This document shows positions 36,209-44,998 of a stretch of 44,998 nt of DNA, piece by piece (the first letter of the stretch is position 1; each line of letters starts with the position of its first letter). The notes under the pieces were generated by a model. It did no database searches. It was not told the origin of the DNA and was given only the letters and a program-made list of their open reading frames with translations. Position numbers and translations under genes: made by a program. Source of the stretch: Paraglomus brasilianum. Its lineage: Eukaryota. Where the stretch lies: positions 1-44,998 of the forward strand of contig CAJVPI010000181.1 in the NCBI GenBank assembly GCA_910592345.1. Direction: 5' to 3'.

Positions 36209-37822
36209 TTATTTGATAATGGTATTTGTTAAATAACGGCATTTGTCGGTATATGGAAAACAAAGCAGATCCACAGGAGAGGGTTGGGGTTGGGCGAGAA
36301 GCACGGAAGAAGGTTCGTAAATTAAATGTAGCTCTGTGAGTGGTGGGCAGTAGACTTTAAACAAACAAATAGGCTGGTAAACTAATCGCAACAATTGGGT
36401 GAACGTAAGCTGCGGACGAGACAATGCATGCAAATAAGAATAAAAATAATCATTGATAAGAAAGTTCAAATAGTTATAATACGTTTCATCTTCTATTATA
36501 CGATAGTCCAATATATTTTTAATGCACTGTCGTATATATAATCAATTATACTATATTGGGTATAATAATAAGCTGATGAGGGTTTTTGATCACAGTTGAC
36601 CCTTTTGGCCATCGACATTATTGTCATCATTAACGAGATGGCTAGAACATTCATTGACGATTGTAGTGTCACACTTGCGCTGTATTCCAGATTTGAACTT
36701 TGATGTGAATAAATAATCATGGATAATTCACACCCATTCTTGACTCTTCACCTACAGCTCACATTCATAAATACCGGTTATTGTTACTGCCTAGAGTTTT
36801 ATTACTAAGCCACCTCCCGTTCCCACAGCTACTAGCTTTCTTACAATTTCTTTTACTATTCCATTATACCAGTACCCGTCCATCATTGCCAGCAATAAAC
36901 AACAAATCTTTATTGGGAACACCAATATCCAGCGCATCGTCTGTGAATAAATTACTACGGACAATAGGTGTGGCGACAATAGAAAAACAAAAATAAGGCG
37001 AGCAAATATTAGGTTAATTGGCAAATATTAGACGTAATGTTTAAACAGAGCTGATTATTTAATGACAATATTTACTTGAACAATGAATGCGTTATTTGTA
37101 TGCTATGGAAAACACGCGTGAGAGAAAGAGACAATGCCGAAAGCAAAGTGATCGTTAGTATCATCAAATTAGGGTGACAACAGAGAAGAAATAGCATTAA
37201 TTAAAAGTTGGCGTATTTATGATAGACGACTAGTCATAATGTTAATATTGTTGTCGAGTTTATAGTAAGCATCAGTAATTGTTTGCAGCCCAAACTTTAA
37301 AATGAAACCGTCTGTCTTGGTTATTATTTACCAATAATATTATATGATACCATCACGCACACTTATTCTACCCCGCACTCTCTTTTAGTCTGCGTGTTGT
37401 TTCCAATCGACAATACAATCATTGTTGCTGGTTCCTACCAGGATGTACATTTTTAATCGAAGACGCTATTCGAACCAATCCAGCCCAATAATCAGTCATT
37501 AAACAAGAACGCAGTTGACAAATAGAGAATATTATAAATGATAAAAGCTTGATATTGATAAGAATAGGCGACAATAAGCGGCATTGAGATCATGGATAAT
37601 AATAGATAACAAATGACAATGTTATTTATCCTAACAACTAAAGTTTGATAAGTTTGATAATAATGGCAGCATTGTCCTAACGATATTATTTCAACATCCT
37701 GATCGAGATGACGTACCTCCATAGTTATGTTTCATATGTATATAATTAAATACATCGATTGTTCTTTTAATTACTTACCATCTTTATTCCGGTATCCTGG
37801 CGATTGGAGTGTCAGAAGTGTT
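36209..37822 (-). pseudogene. Possible decayed intron-containing gene with F-box/WD40-like fragments
   Basis: Fragments MYDERLL..KD|gtaagt, RHLDQDVEIISLGQCCHYYQTL (loosely F-box-like), DLLFIAGNDGRVLV*WNS and IKVQIWNT (WD40-like), interrupted by stops. Confidence 0.25.
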
Positions 37823-40544
37823 AATAATCGTTCGTCATACATGACCACAATATATGTGTAATTTATATTGTATAAGCAACCGTTGTATCTCAAACGACCC
37901 AATCGAACTCGGAGGTAAATGTTACGCAACTACTAACGACACTATAGTTGCTCCTATCTCAACTCTTTATTAACCATATACATTTAAAATGTCGATTTGG
38001 CTAGTTAAGAATGAGTATATGGCACAGCAGACGGATAATGAGACATTCTCATTTCCCCACTTTTCAAAACGTGCATAATGAGAATGCAGAAAACCACAGA
38101 CCATCGTGCTATCTTTAAATGGGTTGGTATTTTAGTAGATATGGACTTCCATAAATATCAGACTCATCACGTGCCACTTCATTTATCGCTCTATGGATTT
38201 CCTACTTAAAGATCACAAGACACTATGTTCAAATATAGATAAAGTTTAACCAAATATTGATAATTGGGATATCTGTTCTTAATATAGGTCAATGTATTAA
38301 TAGCTTATTATTAATGGTCGAGCGAAAGCTCACCTACAATTACAAATGTAGTCGACGACTGTTCGAAACGGCCCAAACATCTGCATGTGTGCATGTACAT
38401 ATGCATATGCGTACTATTACTGTCTCTTCATTACTGCATTACTGCATTACTGAGCCATCCATCCACTTCTCACCCCCAGATTTTGATCGATCACACTGTG
38501 TCACTCGTGCCCCCAAATGTCGCACTGTCCATATCGAACAAACTGCCGGAATTACAAAATGTTCCGTTCTTCCAAACCTACCATCGCAAAAGTGCATACA
38601 TGCGTTTCTCTTATTTCCACATGTCATCGAGAACGAATTAAAAATCTTTTCCAACGGTTTTTTTCCGTTCAGTTTAACTTATGTAAGAAAGGTTATTTAA
38701 GTGGGAGATTGGTGTGCGTTAATTAATATTGTTTTGATGGATATGCATTGATATTGTTCCGAATTTGCTTTTCCTTTACTGATAAGTAACAATGAGTGAT
38801 ATTGATAACACTTGGAATAAGGCAGCCTCTTAACATTGTAAGAAACCAGTTACCGATATTGTAAATAGATTATCTAGAGTCTGCTATGCTCATCAGAACA
38901 AAAGAATTCAAGCTTGTCCTTGTAACCCAAAATTAAATGTCCCCCGACTATTGACTGGTCATAAGAGACGGCAGAGAGAATCTTATTTGAAGTAACACAA
39001 TATAGTACTTCCCGATTATTAGCTCGAAGTGATACGTTTTAAAATTCCTTGCATCCTATTCGCGCATTTCTGTCCATATTGCAAACAATTTCTTTCTCTT
39101 CTCGAACAAGAAAATACGTATGCTCATGCAGTAAACAGTAAACTTGAACACAATGTTTAATGAAAAGAAAAAAAGAATAAAGTTTCCAAGCTTGTAGAAA
39201 GAAATACATCGAGAGAAAGAACACAAACGAAATGAATAAACAAGCTGACGAAAACAAGTTGATAAACAGGTTGTTTGACGAATAGCTTGAGATCACAATC
39301 AATGCAATTAATAACATTACTAATTGTTACTGCGATAAACTATGAATCAAGTATCTTCGCGCATGTAAATTCGGTAACTAATTTCTCCGTCTATAATAAT
39401 AATTTATAGCGTTATAGGTAATGCGTACCACACTATGAGATAAAGACCATCGTTTTTGACATAGCATGTTTGCCAAGATTATTTGCTGACATTATGGTTA
39501 CAATAATTTATTGATATTAATATTACCATGCTCGACGTCCCTGCAAAGTATCCCACAAGCCCTGCAAATATAAATCATTCTTTTCGTATTCGGTTTTCCC
39601 AATTTACAACCGTTTGTCCGCATCTGTATGTATGATTACCAATCTGCTTACAAACTGCATTTCACCACTGAGCGTTTTCTTGCTCCACCTTCACGCATAT
39701 ATTCTATTTCTTCGATGCCTTTTCTTGCCTTCAAAACCAGGAAATCCGTTCTCTTCTATGAGGACAAATTTCGTGCAACAGTGTCTCGTGATACGATGCA
39801 GACACAAAGTCAATGTGACATGAATTTTTAATAGATATGAGTCATTTGCAAACATTGGGTTTTGAGACAATTACATAAAGATGTGCGGGGAGCGGGTGTC
39901 GGGTGATGATTGAGGGCGGCGGTTATGTGATGGTTTGTTAGGGGATATGTTACCTAAGCCGCTACGATTACATTTACTAAACTAGGCTTGATTAGTCGAT
40001 AATCATGTATTAATTGGTTGCTCAATAGCAAGTGATTAACTACATTTATTCTAGCTGCGTCATTGCACTTAATTTTATTAGAAGGAAAACTTGAACACCC
40101 CCCCTGAATAAATGCATGTATTTATACTATTTGTAGCATTCACAGACGTTAGCATTGTCTTCGATAGTATTGTTCCTTTATTTGCGTTGCCTAACCCAGC
40201 GTATTATCAGATAGGTACACCTAATTATTACAAGTCTAGTAGAAACATAACAAGCGGAATATAAAAATGGCATGATTATTAGTAATAGGACAAATTATTA
40301 CGACCCCTCTGTTCTCTGGTTGATGCATATGCCGCGTGGACTATCTTTCTATTTTGACCTTGTGGCTACGAAGGGATGACGCATTTGGCAATGATTCGCT
40401 ATGCCCGTTGAACAATGATTGTCTGACGAACAATGATTGTGTGGAATTCATACCAATAGTAATCAGTTGTTGATTGATCAAACATTTATAATAATATTTT
40501 ATGATGCAGGTGAATACAGGTAAATGCAAGTGAATACAGGCCAA

Positions 40545-40579
40545 TACATACATACATACATACATACACACATACATAC
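40545..40579. repeat. (CATA)n microsatellite
   Basis: Seen directly, with one interruption. Confidence 0.9.
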
Positions 40580-42738
40580 AGATAATTGCAAATGAATTCA
40601 AATAAGTGCTAATTAATACAGTTATATATAGCAAGTGGTAACAAAACAATTAGACAAAGACACAGGAAATTTCTTCCTTAATGTTGTATGTTAGCAAAGC
40701 TTCCACAAAAACCATCCCGGCTGTTTATTGTACCCATAGACGTTATGGTTCTCTTTTTCCAACCATATTCCCAGCCCTGATACTTACGTCTTCCCCACCT
40801 GTCCGTTCTTTCCCACCCCTACTCCTTGTTTATTGTCACTTATCTGTGTTGCAAAAATTTGCAAATTGAGCGATGGGCACTCAACCCAAATTAGTCATGT
40901 TCATTCACATTCTCGTTTCGTTTTTTTTTTCTTTCTTTTTTGCCACAACCGCAAACGGTATTTTATTTCACTATTAATACCGAATAGTCCTATCCTATTC
41001 ACCACACGAGGTGATTTCTATCGAAACAACGCGAATAAAATTTAACGATTCCCATCAGCAATTGACACTGAATCACACCCACCAAACACTGATTGGTTCT
41101 TAGTCAGCTCACTTACATCCAAACTTACCCTCAAAAGGATGGTTAATGTCTAAATTAGTTACGTAAGAATGAATACAAGACTGAAAGTAATTGACAAGTC
41201 GGTAGGAGGGCAGTTCAAATGCGTTTTATTTGTGGTTAGATAAAGCAAGCGCCCCCCCCATGAAGGCGTTTAGATGTCGTGTTGTGTAATCAACTTTAAC
41301 AAAGAGCGTATGCTCAGAGGTTCGTATAATATTGAAGATAAATAGTAATATATGTGTTGAACTGTATATTACACTTGCGTTCAGTAACTTTTTTTTTTTT
41401 CCAAATAATACATAAACTCTAATAACTATATAATTTACTTGGTTTTCCTCATGTCTGGTAATTGAGATCTCTTATCGATCTTCTATCAACTACATCCTGA
41501 GGCTGACGTTCACATATACATCATCGTGTTGCGGCTTGAACTATTTTTATTTCAACCTGCATATCTCAACAAGTTTGAAATCAGGCCTTGTGGAAATTGC
41601 TTCATGTGAGCTATATATAATTATACAGAATTGTATATACTGTTCTTTGTTAAATATTCAATTAGGAAAATGCAATAGCTGCCGGAATATGTATGTCTAA
41701 TATATTTTAAATATGAGCGTTCTATAGAGACTTAATATTATTGGAATAACGTTTTAATATGCACGAATACTGATGAACCTCTATCGGCTCATCTAGTAGA
41801 GTACAGTTTATCTACTAATCTGCTAATCCGCTAGTATACCGCAGATGTATTCTCTACTGCATAAGTTGAGTTTTTAACCCCCCATTGGGCGAGAGTAACT
41901 TGACCGGTACTTAGCGATCTATATATACTGTTACAATAAAACATGTTCGCTGGTCAAACGTACCGCCATTCAAATATAGACTTTCTGAGGCACAATGACC
42001 CTTATGTCGAAAAAGTCTTCTTGTGTACTGGTAAAAAGAACACGTGTCACTACCGATTATGTAATGAATAGATCACCCCTCAGGAATTAAATGATGTTTG
42101 AAGAAATTATGTCACACTTGTTGCATATTAATAACGATATATAGCATGGACAGTAAGACCTCAAATAATCACGTGTTTATTTATGTAGCGAGACTTGGAA
42201 AATTTCTTTTACTTGATATTCGATTATGAGTAAGTACAGGCAATATATATAAAAATTATAAGCAAACAAAAAAGTACGGAAAACTGTTCGTTTATCCCAT
42301 CAGAAGGACAATATATGGCTTTATCTTTTTTTTTTTCATTTTACTTTTTTTACTTTTTTTTACCTTTCTGTTGGCTTTTCTCCCTTATCCGACCGTGTAA
42401 CAATATTAAATCAAAAGTCCAAGAATAACCAACGGAATCAAGTAGAAAGTAAGGAAAATCTATACAATAACCAGTAATCAACAACCAGCAATCAATCACC
42501 AGCAATCAATCACCAGTATAGCCGAGCTTTCTATTTATATGTCTAGCTATCAAAAGTAATAGAGTCCGATTCTGAGCTAAACTATGTGTGATGTTCTTGA
42601 TGAGAAGTAAGAATAGCCCAATAAATCCCAAAATGAATACAAGTCTCAGCCAGGTAAATTCTACGTTCCAAACTACTCATCAGAACCAACTCGCAAAGCT
42701 ACGCTCATAACAATTAACCCAACACCATCGACTCCCTA

Positions 42739-43493
42739 TCAAACTCTGCTCACTTGCTCAACCCTCCTATATTTACTCCTTCTACCGTTGTCTTCCTCAT
42801 CCAACTCGCTCTCACTACTCGATTCTCTCCTATTATTTCCTTCATATTCTATCTGCTGTGGTAGCGAATCTACTCGTATAGTTTTTCTGCCAAATCTACC
42901 TCTCTTTGATGAAGATGTTATCTGGGTGGAGACCACGGGCGGTGGTGAGTAGGTTGTCGGTTCAGGCGACGGAGATGATGATTGGAGGGATGAGGCTGGG
43001 TCAGAGTAAGGTGTTTGAGGACGTTCTGTGCGAGATCCTCCGTTGGATGAGATGGTTCGACGCATTGGTTTTATCGATCTTATTTGCTTTCCCTCTTTGT
43101 CGTCACCCTGTAATTTTCGCCTGTTACGTGGTTGTACCCGATCCTCATCACCATCAGCCTCACTCTCAATTTCACTTTCTTCCTTCTCACTTTCTGATAC
43201 ATCCATATCTTGAATCGCGCTAGGTAGCCTCTTTCCGGCTATATATGTTGTTCTATTGCCTGATAGCCTTCCACTATCCTCTCTAGTTTGAGGCGACGGC
43301 GGTGTAGGTTGCAACGGACGCATACGATAATCGTGTACATGTTGTTCCGAATGTCCGTCTTCTCTGCCTTTAGGCGTTGGAGGAGTCGGCTGTTGCGGGC
43401 GAGAGAAGGAAGATTTTTCTGTGTGTTCCACCCTGTTTTTGTAAGAATGAGAATGCAAATCAGAATCAGAATCAGAATGCGAAAAGGGATGCC
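42739..43493 (-). CDS. Low-complexity S/R/E/P-rich exon, probably a terminal exon of the capping enzyme gene
   Basis: Open frame of about 250 codons beginning after a pyrimidine-rich acceptor (ctgctgtcttcgcag), with no ATG at its start. Composition continues the His/Ser-rich tail of the upstream exon. Confidence 0.6.
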
Positions 43494-43737
43494 CTGCGAA
43501 GACAGCAGGCCGCAAGGTGAAGGTTTAATCCGGCCCGGTGCGAGAATACCGGAGTTGTAACGATGGGAATTGAAATAAGTGTAACTCGAAATAAAAATTT
43601 CTCGCAGACTAAACTAGGCTATTATACATTATTAGCGTCAGAGAAGCTCCATCCTCCGAAATTGATTTCTTATCTTTTATTACTGCGTCGTTACATTATG
43701 ACCAATTTGTATGTGTAATTATGTTAGACAAAAATGC

Positions 43738-44998
43738 TTACCGTCTACCACTACTGGAAGAATTCACACGCCCGTGGGATTGTTCTGGCTGTGAATCGGA
43801 GTATTTTGTAGAGTGTGAGAAAGTATGTGAGTGATGTTGGTGTTGGGCGACTGATGACGACGATTGCGGATGGCTTATTTGTGATTTTTGTGTTTCTCGT
43901 CGTTTCCATGCTTCTCTTATCTTGGGAGCGTGCGCAATCAATTGCTCTTTTGCTACAGCATCCCTTATAGATTCTTGTATTTTCGTTACGACAGAGCTAT
44001 GATTCGCATGCTCCTTATCGTCACGGAATCGCAAGAATTTCCATGGTGCTCTCGAATCTGCCGTTGGGTCATAGACTGCCTCTACAATTCGACCACTCAG
44101 ATTCGGAATATTGCGAAAAGTATTCTCCCATTCTTCATCAGTTACAGTCATTTCACTGAAAAATGCGTGTTCATTCCTTCGCAACCACTTCTTTAAGATA
44201 AACTGTGGTTTCACTGTGTAGTCTGGTCGACCCTTTGTTTTTGGGTATTGAACTTCTAATAATAGGTCTATTGAATTTTCATTAGCTGGCTTCCATTTTA
44301 ACCTACATCAAACACAGAAGATTAGTACGACATGAAAGCATAGTATCAGTAGAAACCATTTGCAAAACCCGATAAAAATAGATCCTACATACATTTTCTC
44401 ACAAGTGCCCGGAATATACTCTGCTACTGCTGATGTGAATATTAACCCATCATTTTTGTGCTTGAGTTTGGGGATTACCTCATCAAAGACCTTGAGGACG
44501 CCATATGAAAGCTCCATTTGTTTTACTTCCACACTATGTATAACGAACAATGGCGTTTATTTAGAGCGACCGTCTTGTCTTTGTAACATCGCGAAGACAT
44601 TCCAATGACTTACACAAATGGTTGGCCAGTAGCTATACCAGGATTGCTCTTTCGATGTGCGGCGTAAGGTTTAATTAGGGATTCGCAGAGATACTTTAAA
44701 ACGCAAATGAATGTATAGTTAGTTAAGCGGGTAATTAATTGGACAAGATCTTTATTGAGCGGCTAGATCTGACTATGAAAAATGGTTACGATGCTTTTAG
44801 ACATTGAATAGAGTTACATACCCCAAGTCTTTTAGTTAATGGACGTTCGAGCAGACTTTTACCCATAAAAGCCAGGCAGTCGAAAGCCAACAGTTTAAGA
44901 GTAGTCTATTATACAGAATAACAAATGGTTTGTTAACACTTTTAATATTATTTTACGAGGTTACTAAATTTGTCGCATCAGTTGTCGGCCAAATATCT
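43738..44998 (-). CDS. CEG1: mRNA capping enzyme guanylyltransferase subunit, 3' part (5' end outside the window)
   Basis: Motif IIIa KLLAFDCL, motif IV KHKNDGLIFT, motif V LKWKPANENSID, OB-fold GRIVEAVYD and motif VI WKFLRFRDDKEHAN, split by GT-AG introns. Confidence 0.95.

Noticed and set aside
39618..39760. KCS/CKQIGNHTYRC zinc-knuckle-like fragment (minus strand)
   Set aside because: Needs a frameshift, spacing is non-canonical, and no adjacent transposase or gag sequence is recognisable.

Overview
AT-rich, intron-containing fungal genomic DNA. The Sola-like transposase, several MATA-type HMG genes and short GT-AG introns point to an early-diverging lineage (Mucoromycota, possibly Glomeromycotina); this is an inference. 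From left to right the window holds: a decayed Sola2-like transposase running off the left edge; a decayed protein kinase-like pseudogene; two small intronless, diverged HMG-box genes in tandem whose upstream regions share collinear non-coding blocks; multi-exon ATG11 (minus) head-to-head across 230 bp with a multi-exon membrane-anchor/ARM-repeat/double-SPRY gene (plus); a 76-aa orphan ORF followed by a 15-bp minisatellite; tRNA-Arg(CCT); a third, large two-exon HMG-box transcription factor flanked by about 9-10 kb of gene-poor DNA on each side; and the 3' part of the mRNA capping guanylyltransferase (CEG1), possibly with an alternatively spliced disordered tail. The best candidates for undescribed biology are the tandem minimal HMG cassette and the ATG11 / ARM-SPRY-SPRY divergent pair. 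Exon boundaries were read by eye and no database searches were run.
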